Shown here: in pieces, positions 49,395-62,353 of the stretch
Numbering within the stretch: position 1 is the first letter of the stretch
How the letters are laid out: each line of letters opens with the position of its first letter
Assembly (NCBI GenBank): GCA_026770705.1
Contig: JANJGN010000546.1
Span: forward strand, 186,001-250,000
Reading direction: 5' to 3'
Length of the DNA: 64,000 nucleotides
From: Isurus oxyrinchus
Lineage: Eukaryota
Notes under the pieces: model-generated
Seen by the model: the letters and a program-made list of their open reading frames with translations, nothing else
Database searches by the model: none
What the model was told of the DNA's origin: nothing
Translations under genes and position numbers: made by a program

Positions 49395-51170
49395 CCACTT
49401 CCTCATTTTGTCTCACAGAGACACATCAACCCTTTCTAATTAAACACAAATAGGGAGCAGCACAGGAAGAGGTCATTCAGCCCAAGCAGAGCGTGTGGGC
49501 AGTTCCTCCCCAGGCGAGCAGTCGGACAGGTCCTGGGTAAGTAACGGAACGATTGGAATTCACTTCCACCACCAACACCGTCCTTTGTTGATGTTGTGAC
49601 TTTATAAAGACAGATTCCAATGATTGATGCCTTTGAAAGATTTCTACTGATTATTGAGATCTGGGTGTGAGGCTCAAGTCTGTTGTACAGAACATCTTTC
49701 TAGCTCAAGGGATGAGGGCAGAGCAGGGACATGAGCTTTGGGGTGTCCTGAGCAGGTGAAAGGCGATATAGATATGCAGGTCCTTCATTGTTTTACTTTC
49801 TTAAAGCCTTGTAACTCACTGCAGAGCAACTATCATCCCACAGAGAATGAAATTAGTCTGTGAAGACATTGTCTAAAAGCAGTTCTGATCTCTCGAGAGG
49901 TGTCGGACAAGAGGTGAGGTCTCGTTAACTCATTTCTCTTTCACAGCTTGAGAACCAATGAAATACCTGGGAGTGGACAATGATCAGGAAATCTTACTTC
50001 CTCCTGTCACTTCTCCAAGGTAATATCATTGTCAGCTCGGACAGATTTATGGCTAATCATCTTTGTAAAACATAATTCTTATTGAGCTGTGATTGGGAAC
50101 TGATTCAGCAGTGAGCCAGTGTACAACCTCACACCAAGTCCCATTCACCCATCACCCCTGTGCTCACTGATATACACTGACTCCCTGTCTGACAGCAGAA
50201 TTGGAGGAGAGCAGAGGACTTTGAGGTTTGCATGGTTGGAGGAGAAAGTGATTGGAGAAGAGGAATGGAGGGAATGGAAATTGAGGATGAGCGTCTTAAA
50301 CTCGAGGCTCTGCTGGTCTGGGAGCCAGTGCAGGTCAGCGAGTGGCGGAGGGTGTGAGGTGCTGAGTTGAGAAACAGTGATAAATACTGGGGGATGAAGT
50401 CTATCCTGATGCTTGGACGCCGACAGCAAAGGAATGAAATTTGTGTCTTTTCCTGATTTTAATCAGAATTTCCCATGAAGACAACACAGCAGCTCCTAGA
50501 ATAGACAGGCTGTTCAGTGTCACACTTCCTGTCCATTCTCACCTTGCTAGATACTTCAATAAGGGAGCAAGATAACTGAAAGAGAGAAGGAAGGTAAAGC
50601 TGTCCGTGTGTAAAGGTGTCAATATTCAGTTTGTATATTTGTCTTTCTCTCGACACATGCAGAGCTCAGGCTAGAGGCACTTTGTTAGTGTGTTTCACAG
50701 TGTCTGCTGGAGTAGGGTCAGTGCTGAGCTTGGGGACAAGTCAGTCTACAATGCTGCATCGGAATCAACAATACAACAATATGGGGTTTGGATCAGAAAT
50801 AATCCCTTAGACAATGAGGATCCAAAGAGATTCCTTGGACAATGAGGATCCAAAGAGATTCCTTAAACAATGAGGATCCAAAGAGATTCCTGAAACAATG
50901 AGGATCCAAAAAGATTCCTTAGACAATGAGGATCCAAAGAGATTCCTTAAACAATGAGGATCCAAAGAGATTACTTAGACAATGAGGATCCAAAGAGATT
51001 CCTGAGACAATGAACATACAAAGTGCACCAATCAGATTGAATCAGATTAGCCAATCAGCTGTGTTGAAGAGCAGACAGGAATGTTAGGCTAATTAGTGAT
51101 TCATGACGGTGATAATGGGGGCAGTTCTGAGGGCTCCTAATCCATTGTCCTGTCTTGTAAATCAGCACCT
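49395..51170 (+). pseudogene. Truncated paralog: promoter/exon 1 (donor 49536), leader exon 49947-50019 (MIRKSYFLLSLLQ) and the intron up to just before where V1 would be
   Basis: High identity to 5160-6410. 51085-51168 matches the pre-V1 intron of gene 1 (about 9970-10055), then breaks into the 33-bp minisatellite. It could also act as an alternative promoter/leader for gene 2. Confidence 0.7.
50805..51015 (+). repeat. 28-bp tandem repeat (ACAATGAGGATCCAAAGAGATTCCTTAG), about 7.5 units
   Basis: Unit starts at 50811, 50839, 50867 and so on. Confidence 0.95.
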
Positions 51171-51606
51171 TAATACTGACCCTCCAACAGTGCAGCACTC
51201 CCTCAGTACTGATCCTCCAACATTGCAGCACTCCCTGATTAATGTCCCTCTGACAGTGCAGCACTCCCTCAGTACTGACCCTCAAACAGTGGAGATCTCC
51301 CTCAGTACTGACCTTACAATAGTGCAACACTCGCTCAGTAATGACCATCCGACAGTGCAGCACTTGCTCAGTACTGACACTGGGGAGTTTCAGTCTACTC
51401 TGTGGGGCAGACGTCCCCTGAATGGGGTCTTGAATCCCACAACGTTCTGACCTCCTGAATTTGGCTGTGAAACCCACTGACCCACAGGAGAAATTCCTGG
51501 TCAATGACTGTCCACCTGTGAGCAGAAATATCACCACAGGGTCAGGACACAAAGGGTTAACAGTTCACCAACATCTCAAAACATGAGCTGCTCTGTCACT
51601 TTGATC

Positions 51607-51748
51607 CAACTTCCTCATTTTGTCTCAAAGTGTCACATCAACCCTTTCTAATTAAATACACAGAGGAAGCAGCACAGGAAGAGGTCATTCAGCCCAAGCA
51701 GAGCGCGTGGGCAGTTCCTCCCCAGGCGAGCAGTCGGACAGGTCCTGG
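51607..51748 (+). promoter_or_regulatory. Putative promoter and non-coding exon 1 of gene 2
   Basis: ACTTCCTC at 51609-51616, TAATTAAATA, donor GG|GTAAGT at 51748/51749. Paralog of 5160-5301. Confidence 0.6.
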
Positions 51749-52198
51749 GTAAGTAACGGAACGATTGGAATTCACTTCCACCACCAACACCGTCCTTTGT
51801 TGATGTTGTGACTTTATAAAGACAGATTCCAATGATTGATGCCTTTGAAAGATTTCTACTGATTATTGAGATCTGGGTGTGAGGCTCAAGTCTGTTGTAC
51901 AGAACATCTTTCTAGCTCAAGGGATGAGGGAAGTGCAGAGACATGAGCTTTGGGATATCCTGAGGTGGTGAAAGGCGATATAGAAATGCAAGTCCTTCAT
52001 TGATTTATTTTTTTAAAGCTTTTTCACTCTCTGCAGAGCACCTATCATCCCACAGAGAACCGAATTAGTCTGTGAAGACATTGTCTAAAAGCAGTTCTGA
52101 TCTCTCGACAGCTGTCGGACAAGAGGTGAGGTCTCATTAACTCCTTTCTCTTTCACAGTTTGAGAGTCAGAAGCTAAAGGAATATCTGGGAGTGGACA

Positions 52199-52238
52199 AT
52201 GATCGGGAAATCTTACTTCCTCCTGTCACTTCTCCAAG
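52199..52238 (+). CDS. Gene 2 signal-peptide exon, MIGKSYFLLSLLQ (exon 52159-52238)
   Basis: tttcacag| acceptor, ATG at 52199, donor G|GTAATT. Peptide identical to gene 1. Confidence 0.85.
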
Positions 52239-53549
52239 GTAATTTCATCGTCAACTTGGACAGACTTATGGCTAATAGTCTTTGTAAAAGAACATTCTTA
52301 TTGAGCTCTGATAGGGAACCGATTCAGCAGTGAGCCAGTGTACAAACTCACACCAAGTCCCATTCACCCATCACCCCTGTGCTCACTGATATACACTGAC
52401 TCCCTGTCTGACAGCAGAACTGCAGGACAGCAGAGACCTCAAAGGGTTTCAGGGCTGGAGGAGGTGACAGTGATAGGGAGTGGAGAGGGAGGATGGAGGG
52501 ATAAGGAATCAATGAAGAGAATTTGAAAATTGAGTCATTGCTGGACTGGGAGCCAGTGTAGGTCAGCGAGTGACAGGGGAGCGACCGGCTGAATAGAGAA
52601 GCAGGGATAAAAACTGGGGGATGAAGTCTATCCTGATGCAAGCACTCCGATATCAATGCCCTGAAATTTTTCTCTCTTGCTGATTTTCATCAGAATTTCC
52701 CATGAAGACAACACAGAAGCTCTTAGATTAGACAGGCAGTTCAGCGTCACACTTCCTGTCCCTTCTCACCATGCTAGAAAATTTGATAAGATAGCAAGAT
52801 AACTGATAGAGAGAAGGGAGGCAAAGCTGTCTGTGTGTAAAACTGTCAAATATTCTGAGTTATCATGATTGTTTCTGATCTGCTGCAGAGTTTATATTTC
52901 ATTGAAACTTATCACTTTGCAGCTCAGAGAGAGACCATTGACTCACTGCCTGAAAGGGCGGTGGAAGCAGATTCAACAGGAACTTTCAGAAGGGGAACTG
53001 GATAAATACTTGAAGGGGACATTTTGCAGGGCTTTGGGGGAGAGAGCAGAGGTGAGAGTGGGACTAACTGGACAGATCTTTCAAAGGCCCAGCACAGGCT
53101 CGATGGGCCAAATGGCTTCCTTCTGTTCCGAATCATTCTACAATCCGATAAATTAAGTCCCTTTTCAATAACTCTTCAGGCTCCTGCTGCAGGAATGGAT
53201 CTTTGAGAAGGGCAGGGAACAAGCGGTTTCTCATATCATGTTCATATTTATTGACAATTACATCAGTGAAAGGAACTGTTGAATATTTAAGTCTCTAAAG
53301 TGTGGATTTAACCTTCTGGTACACCCAGATCTTGTGCTGGTTACCTTGTCTGGAGGTGTCTTTAACTGCTCACCGTGATCTGTGGGATTGTCACCCTTGG
53401 ATGGTGATCCTGATTTCATGTGGGATCTGCTCCTCGATGGAATAGGAGCGGGAATGGATCTGAGTTATCCTCGGTTCCACCTCACCGCTGTGCCCTTGTG
53501 TGTTTGACTCCATAGGCCCTTGGTTCTGAACAAATCCTTGTCACCTCGG

Positions 53550-56500
53550 CTGGTGATCATGAACCTTCTGTGCGATCCTGGATGTGCACTTGTCCCAACT
53601 GTAAACTTGGCAACTCTGCACCTCCATTTTTATCATGAACATTCCTTATCTTCTCTTGTAGTTTTAAAAGTTGCTCTCTGGTTTCTGAGAGAGTAGAATG
53701 GGTAAGAGTAGCGAAATTGGTTACTACTGGCACACCAAACATGATCTCTGTCAGTGATGGAATAAGGTGAGGTGATGGTGTAGTGGTATTGTTGCTGGAC
53801 GAGTAATTCAGAGACCCAGGGTAATGTCCTGAGAATATGGGTTCAAATCCGGCCATAATAGATGATGGAATTTGAATTTAATAAAAATATGAAATTCAAA
53901 GTCTTGTGATGACCACAAAACCATTGTTAGAAATCCCACCTGGCTCACCAGTGCCCTTTAGGGAACAAAATTATCTGGCAGACATGTGACTCCAGACTCC
54001 ACGTCAATGTGGTTGACTCTTACATTAGGGATGGGTAATAAATCCTGGCCTGGCCAGTGACTCCCACATCCCATGAATGAATTTAACAAAGTTGCAGTTG
54101 TAGGTGTTGATCTCAGATGTAACATTGCAATGTGTGGATCTTGCTTGGCCTGTCTACATTTGAGAATTAGGGATTTCACTGTGTGAATCATTCATTCAGC
54201 TAGGCTGTTAGATCTGGGGTAATGAGGAGAAGAAGTAGTGTGATTGATATTCCAGATTATCTGTAATCATGTCCCTAGGTTCACCAAAGAAACTGAAAAT
54301 AGTGCTTCGAGTGTGTGCAGAAGTTGTGCTTGGTGTGTTGTGCTATTTTTGAATAACGGGATATCTGGTAAAGCTGTCAACAATGACGATGAAGTCAGTG
54401 ACATGGACATGAAAGGATTCAGATTTTGGACTAAGAATGGGCAGGAATTTCCTGTGGAATCAGTGGTTCTTTGACAAGCCTCTTGACAAGCCTTGTACTT
54501 CCCTACAAATGATTTCAAGCTCATTGTTCATACCCGGCCAGTGACTGTATCTCTTGTGAGTCTCCTTGTCTGATCTGTGTCCATGTGTGAGGGATGAAGT
54601 TGTTGAAGAATATAGGATCACAAATGTTCCGGTATGATGCCCTGCCTGCCTTTAAAAATGGTTCCCTGGGAGATGCCTCGCTTATGCCGATCAGGTCAAA
54701 TTGAATCAGGCCACCCTTCAATGATATTTCCACAGTTCCTGTAGAATTTTTCACTGTTCCCTCTTGTAGCTGCTGTCATTTCTGTTGTGCTAAATGTACT
54801 GGATCAATTGACAGACTTGCATTCTCCTGCAGGTGTAATGTTGCAGCTACCTTGAAACTGCCAATACTGTTGAAACTTTCTGCATATTTCAATGTTATGG
54901 CATGAACTGAGGTGATGGGGTAGTTTCTGAGGTTGACCCATGTGAGGTCTGACAGATTCCATGGATAGTCACTAGTGTGAGGTCACCGCATGCCGGTAGA
55001 TTGTAATTGCTCAGCGTTTAGTCTCCACAATGTAGAACATCTGTGACACCCAGGAGGATTGATTGTACTTGCACTCCAGGACTATGGATTCTGCACATGG
55101 AGTTGGTGAAGTGTTGTACACAGCAGTAGGTTTCCCCATGGACTTCCATATCCTTGGATACATGTCTTTGAAAATTTGCTGGGGTGGGCTGGGGGAGGGG
55201 AATGTTGGCACTTGCCCCTGTGTCAATCTTGGCCAATAAAGGGGAGGTAGCAACTTTCTCAGGGCAGATAATTGGAATCTTGGTCAATAGTGCAGGTGAT
55301 ATGACGGCATCTGTTCTCCATGAGATTGATGGTGTAAAAGGTGTGAAATTGTTCAACAATTGCACAATACGTTGAGCACAAGTGCTGCACAAACTCCAGG
55401 CTGGGGTTTTCTGGCCTGGTCATGGTAGGACCTGCCTTGGGAGATTGGGACAAATATAAATCCAATGGCTTTCGGCTGGTCCATACAATCCTGGCAGTGG
55501 GTGGGGCCAGAAAATCCCACCCCTATGGGACATTTTCAGTTTATTTGATGTGCTGAGAGATATCATTAAGGACAACAATCCACAATTTATTGGCAAGCCA
55601 CGTCAGGATATGTGTGAGAGGTGGAATATTGATCACCGCTCCTCGTCTCATCGTGCACATCATCGCCATTTCCTGGTTTGCCAGTCAGCACATGTATATG
55701 TTCCTGATGGGATAGCGGATGGTCATTCTTATTGCTTGAAGTTTCCCCACTGTGTAGGGTTATTTTGGATCAGCGCACGGCTCTTTGTAGCTGCATCAGC
55801 CTTTGCTCTAGTGCCCTGCCGCTGTCAATGGCCCTTTCTGCCACAAGCCTTGCAGGATTGGTGGAAAGCTGGGCATTTCCTTGGTGCCTGCAGAAGGCCA
55901 CACCTTCCACACGTCTCACTAGGTTTGGATGTTCTAGTGAGTGTGTCAACAATTGATGTTGTACAGAGGACCTGTAATCTTCGTTGACCTGTGAGGATCC
56001 ATTCGTATTTATGTCCATCCTTGAGTAGCTCTTCAATGCTATAGGTTTTGGTGTTATCTAGCAGAGCTTTCTGGAAGGCATCCATGGGAGTGGATGCGAT
56101 CACCAACTCAACAACTCTGTCTGCAGTCTCTGTGTTTGAAACCACAGTGCGTACCCTTTTCTCTACGTCGGCTGATGAAGTGGTCTATGGATTGTGTAGG
56201 CTGATGAAATGACATAAACTCTAGTTGATGAATATGGAGTTTCACCTGATTCTGAACCTGTCTTCCAATATCGTCCATATCTATTGGGGATCCTTTCGCT
56301 CTTCTGCTGTTAATCCTGACGTGTGCAGCCTGTGTAGACCTTCATTCCCAATCACGAGGTGAATTTTTATGGCTTGCTCGTCTGGTTCAGTCACACCTGA
56401 ATCAGGAAACCAGAGCTCTGTACGCTGTTTAAACATTCTGAATTCAGATAGTCGGTCAGCTACATCCCAGTTCAAACTGGGGAATTTCGTGGACATTCTG

Positions 56501-57110
56501 ACAATATTCCTTTGACCTTCCTTCTCCTACAGGACCTGGGATGAGTGTCGCTTTAGCCCCTTTCGTGCGCTTTTCCGAAGCTCCGCCCACGAAGACGGGT
56601 TGTGGCAGGAACACACCACGGAGTAATGGAGTCTTTGTTTTTTATTCAATTTGCTGTTCAGCAATCTCGAAGCCGCCCGTTATAATCACTAACTTCTCTG
56701 GGCTGATTTTTATAATGGTTTTTGTGTGTTTGACTCTCCCTCGCTCACTAGCGATCCAGCCCACACCCTGGTCACTCGCCTTCCCTGACTGAGCTAACCC
56801 GCTGCTGGTCCTGGCGATACACACTGTCCCACTCACTGACCTACAGGCCGTGCGCTGTAATCTCACCACGAGGGATCCGTCTGCTCCCCAGCTCTTTACT
56901 TGAGCTCTTTCCCGTCACTGTGTCTTCAAAGGTTTCCTGAGCAGTCAGTACACTGCGATTTCAACCCTCTCTGATGCTGTGTCTCTGTTGTGGTCTGACC
57001 AAAGCGTCGAGGGTCGTCTCATGTCATGTAGCTCGATCTAAGGCTGTTCACCACGTCATACCTGTACTGAATCTTGCTGCCAGAATGTTTGGCCACCGCT
57101 GATCACCATG
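53550..57110 (-). mobile_element. Degenerate Gypsy-like LTR retrotransposon (gag, protease, integrase pieces), longer than the gene 1 copy
   Basis: gag zinc knuckle, protease-like AKIDTGASANI, integrase-like SSPHYPRSN.LAE..IHTVKSLILKC..LHLRSTP. Many stops and frameshifts. Confidence 0.78.
53770..54085 (+). mobile_element. tRNA-derived SINE nested in the Gypsy integrase
   Basis: A-box-like TGGTGTAGTGG, B-box-like GGTTCAAATCC, CR1-like tail TTAGGGATGGGTAATAAATCCTGGCCTGGCCAG. Confidence 0.7.
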
Positions 57111-58729
57111 TTGTGTTTTTATAATGATATAAAGGCACCAGCCACTGATACAGAATTGGGTAAATACATTGTGGGTTCATTTATTTAGAACAGGGACATG
57201 AGAACAGATATACAAGGATAGAAAGCTGGGAGACACCTGCAGCCAAACTGTGTGAGCTGTGTTCTGCTCACAGGCCAAAGTGAAACTTGGACTGGATGGT
57301 GTTACCATCCCAGCTGATGTTACTACTGGGCAAGTCAGATCCCAGGGTGGAACTCAGCTTGATAGGTCCTAACTTTTATTTTTTATTTAGGAATGTGGAG
57401 TACGGCTACTGAACAGAGTCACAGGAGTCATCTGATGAACTTCTAACAAAAGAATAAAACATTTATTAAACTAGGAAAGACAAACTATATGACATTACTC
57501 ATTCACCCAGACCTATACCTTTGCAGATTCATAAGTAGAACACAAGTTACAATAACTATCTTATATTCTCATGTTCACACTAAGTGCACAGTCGATGTAA
57601 ACCAGTAGACGCATTTTACAGGGCCTTTTCCAGATTTGACTAGAAGGTTTTCTTGGGCCCTTTCTCCTGTCAAACTCGATAGTTTTGGCGTCTTCTTTAC
57701 TTTGGGACTGACTATCTGTCCCGCTCCTTTGCTGCTTCTCCTGGCAACTCCTTTCAACAGAACTGAATGTACTTTTCTGTTTTTCTCTGTCTCTGTGTGT
57801 CCCTCCCTCTGCATCACTGTTACTAGGCAGCAGCACAGTTTCTTACACCTTGTATTTGTTTTGACTTCCCTTCAACAGTCATTAAACCTCAATGGAATGC
57901 TGGCTTCTTTTTAACTCAAGTTCCCCCTTTTCTCAACACCCAAATACAGAAATACAAACTAAACTTGAACTTAAAGATAGACCTTTTGCCTAACACACAC
58001 AAATACACATAGAACTTACTTAAGCGAACACCAGTTCCTAAAAATAACATGACACACTTCCCCTCGAGTGATGTCATGCTGCTGTCCCTGAAAGGCATAT
58101 TACAACAGTGTTATCACTTGGCAGGTGATGTGTGCCAGGCAGACCAAGTCCCTGAGAGAAACCTGGTCACACTATCATAATGATTTTGCAATTGGTATTT
58201 ATTATGAGATGTGTGCACTTAATCCAGAAGCAATAACTCCACCAATACCTTTAGAGATTTAAAACAATAAATTAACATATTTGTCATCAAAATAAAGGAT
58301 TTCAAGCACATACATAACTACAAGACTGCTATCATAACTCCTAAAATTCCTAATTAACCTGACTCCCAGTTACAGTCCCTTAAAGGCAACAGACCAAAAA
58401 TAGATGTTAGATTTAAAACAAAATCAGCAAGTTAACCCAATGCCCCGGACAGTGGAATTCCAAATGCATTGTCCCCAACTTCAGTTCTGTTGGAGAACAG
58501 GCTTCTGCACAAACAGGGTCCTGAGGACCATGAACCAATGTAGAATGAACTTTTCCGCTTTTGTGTCCAGGATTCTCTTCCATCTGGTGTGATACCTTGT
58601 GGAGTTCATTGTGTGTCCTGTAGATGGTCCACACTGCAGCCACTGTGCCCGAGTGATGGAGGGGGTGGATATCGAGTCTAGTGGATCAACAAAAAAACCA
58701 GAGTTAAATATTGATATTTCTCTCCCCAG

Positions 58730-59107
58730 TTGGATTGTCACAAGAGTGGAAAGGTGATACTCCACGAGAGGTGACAGCGCAGGAAGGTTTGTGTGTACAG
58801 ATTCCATGTCATTACAGTTATCCATCAGATTTGGTAAAGAAACCACATGTCGGAATCTGGAAAATGAGAAGGTACATACGGAACAAATGGTCTAAATGGT
58901 CTATAGCCTGTCACTCCAAGGGACACAGTCACGAGTTACCACGGTTCCGCCATCGGACCCGGCTGTCTGGAGACCTGAAAGATGGCGACTGTTCCCTGAT
59001 TATAAACAACATCAGACGGGAAGATGCAGGACCTTATTTTTTCACGATAAAATTTGGCAATCGTCCGAGCCATAACGTTTCCCCTGTAACCCAGCTTCAC
59101 GTTTCTG
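58730..59107 (+). CDS. Gene 2 V-set exon 1 (essential Arg replaced by Thr, YFFTIK; very basic)
   Basis: ccccag| and |gtaagt boundaries, open frame, Siglec Cys pattern. Positional paralog of 10336-10710. Confidence 0.92.
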
Positions 59108-59327
59108 GTAAGTGCTGTGTTATAATTACTCAACAATTCACATCCAAAACTCAATGGGAAATAATAGTGTTTGATTTGCTTGTTTTTTGGCCGTGTTAAC
59201 CAGCGTCACTATTTTTAATGATTTGTCTATTTCTGCTCCCAGATCCATGAGCTTATTGTGTGTGATTGAATCCACATCATAGCTGTAATGTAAACCGAGC
59301 TGAGGGGTGATGACACCTCCCCGCTGA

Positions 59328-60350
59328 GTGAAGTATCTCCTCCCCACTACACCTTTCACCCCTCACACTGTCCGTGTAAACCCCCATCCCATCTCCAGCC
59401 TCTCTTTCCTCTCCAAAGTCCTTGAATGTGTTTCCATCTCCCGAATCCGGTTCCATCTTTCCCGGAACTCCATGTTTGAATCCCTCCAATCAGGTTCCCA
59501 CCCCAGCCACTGTGCTGAAACAGCTCTTATCAAGGTCACAAATGGCATCCTGTGTGACTGTGACAAAGGTCAACTTTCCCTCCTCGTCCTTCTCGATCTG
59601 TCTGCAGCCTTTGACACGCTCGACCACACCATCCTCCTCAAACACCTCTCCACTGTCGTCCAGCTGGGTGGGACTGCTCTCCCCTGGCTCCATTCTTATC
59701 CATCTCATCGTAGCCAGAGAATCACTTGCAATGGCTTTGCAGCATCATCTGAACAGTGTTAGTTTTCACCTGTCCTCTGAGGATGCCCAGCTCTACCTCA
59801 CCACCACCTCTCTCGACTCCTCCACTGCTGCTAAATTATCAGGCTGCTTATCCGACATCCAGTGCTGGATGGGCAGAAATTCCCTCCAATTAAATATTGG
59901 AAATACTGAAGCCATTGTCTTCATTCCCCGCTCCAAACTCTGTTCCCTCGCTACCAACTCCATTCCTCTCCCTGGCAGCTCTCTGAGATTGAAGCCAATC
60001 TGTTCACAGCTTTGTTGTCCCATTTGATCCTGAGATGAGCTTCCGGCCTCATATCTGCGCCCTCACTAACACCGTCTATTTCCACCTCCGTAACATCGCA
60101 CGACATCACCCTGTCTCAGCTCATCTGCTGCTGAAACCCTCATCCACACCTTCATTACCTCCAGACTCGACTGTTCCAACACACGCTCCACACTCCATAA
60201 ACTTGAGGCCATCCAAAACTGCTGACCATGTCCTTACTCACACCAAGTCCCGTTCCCTTATCACCCGCTCTGCTCGATGACCGAGACTGGCTCCTGGTCA
60301 AGCAAAGTCTCAATGTCCAAATTTTCATCTTTGTTTCCTCATTATCCCTG
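59328..60350 (+). mobile_element. L2/CR1-clade RT fragment (duplicate of 10930-11950)
   Basis: Near-identical translation to the gene 1 intron copy. Confidence 0.85.
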
Positions 60351-62353
60351 TAATCTCCTCGTCCTCCTCCAGTACCTACAACCATCCCATTCTCTGTAAC
60401 CTCTTCAATTCTCTACCACTTCCCTATATCTGTAAATTCATCCTGCCAAAACAAACCTACCAATCACTGCAACCTCCTCCAGCCACAACAAACCTCCCTA
60501 TTTCTGTAACTTCCTCCTGCCCCTAAAAGCTTCCCTATCTCTGTAGCCTGCTCCAGTCCCGACAACTTTCCCTGCCCCTGTAACCTGCCCCAGTCACTAC
60601 AACCCTCCCGACCTCTGCAAACTCCTCCAGACTCTACACTCTCCCAATCTCTCTTAACTTTTCCAGCCCCTACAAACCTCCCTATCGCTATAACTCCTCC
60701 AATCACTACAACCCTCACTATCTCTGTAACCTCCTCCAGACCCTACAACCCTCCCTATCTCTGTAACTCCTCCAATCACTACAACCCTCACTGTCTCTGT
60801 AATCTCCTCCAGACCCTACACTCTCCCAATCTCTCTTAACTTTTTCAGACCGTACAACCCTTCCTATCTCTGTAACCTCCTCCAGTCACTCCAACCATAT
60901 GAGGTCTCTGCGCTCCTCCAATCCAAGCCTCTTGACCATCCCCCGATCCCATCACTCCAACATCGGCAGTTGTGCCTTCAGCCTTGAGTCTTATTTTTGA
61001 GGGAATGTACAACATCCTTAGATTTCTGACCAAAATGTAATTTGATTATTTTTATTGAGCCAATGGCAAGCCCTGATACCGAGCGAGAGCCTCCTCATTT
61101 GCTGAGTTTAAGGTGATGAGTCAGCCCCTTAGTCCGTAGAGGGGATTCTCCTCGGTAATGTGCAGCCTTGTTTGTGTCTCTCCACAAGCGCATGAGGGGT
61201 TTGTACAGAGGCTGCCGTGCTGGAGGAGGTCTGCACAGGGGTCCTGGCCTGTCCTGAGCTGGTTTTAGCAAGGACCACTCTGGCCTTGGCAGCTGAAAGC
61301 CAGCCATTGGACAGATGGGGCCTGTCACAAGGAGCCTGTTAGTCACTCCCCACCGTGTCTCCAGTGCTCGGATCCAGACCATGTTGGCTGGTGGATCTGG
61401 CTCAGGAAGGGTCCTCCCCATGGGACCCCCAGATGGAAGGTGGGTCGAGCGGGTCAGTCACTTGCATGTTTATTCTGCAGCTTTAATATTTTAAGAAGGT
61501 AAGAATGTAGGAACATAAGAAATAGGGACAGGAGCAGGCCATTCGGCCCCTCGAGCCTGCTCTCACTGATCTGGTGGTGTCCTTAACTCCATTTTCCTGC
61601 CTGTCCCCCAAACCCTTGACTCCCTTGTCGATCAAAAACCTGCCTCACTCAGCCTTGAGTCTATTCAATGGCCCAGCCTCCACTGCTCTCTGGGGAAGGG
61701 AATTCCACAGGCTAGCGCCCCGAGAGAGGAAATTCCTCCTCATCTCAGTCTTAAATGGGGGAGCCCTCATTCCGAAACTGTGCTCCCTGGTTCTAGATTC
61801 CCCCACGAGGGGGAAACATCCTCCCAGCATCCACCCTGTCAAGCCCCCTCGGAATCGGATATGTTTCAATAAGGTCACCCCTCATTCTTCTAAACTCCAA
61901 TGGATACAGGCCCAACCTGCTCAACATTTCCTCACAGGACAAACCCTTTAATCCCAGGAATCAGCCCAGTGAAGCTTCTCTGAACTGCCTGTACACAATG
62001 ATCCTGTTACAATCTCACTAACGCCCTGTGCAGCTGTTGCAAGACTTCCCTCCTTTTATACTCCATCCCTTTGCAATAAAGGCCAACATTCCACTTGCCT
62101 TCCTCATTCCGTGGTGTTCCTGAATGCTGACTTTCTGTGATTCATGTACAAGGACACCCAGATCCCTCTGTACTGCATTCTGCATCCTGTCTCCATTTAA
62201 ATAATATTCTGTTTTTCTATTCTTCCTGCCAAAATAATTTGTTGCCATTCTCCTCAGTATTAACCATCCTCCAAATTCTGTCTCATCTGTAAATATCGGG
62301 TTCAGTGGATCCACAAAACATCCAGAGATAAATATTGAGATTTCTCTCCACAG

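Noticed and set aside
50805-51015. CRISPR-like 28-bp repeats
   Set aside because: Head-to-tail with no unique spacers, in a eukaryotic context, with no cas genes.
53770-53860. tRNA gene
   Set aside because: The A and B boxes belong to a SINE head with a CR1-like tail; no cloverleaf.
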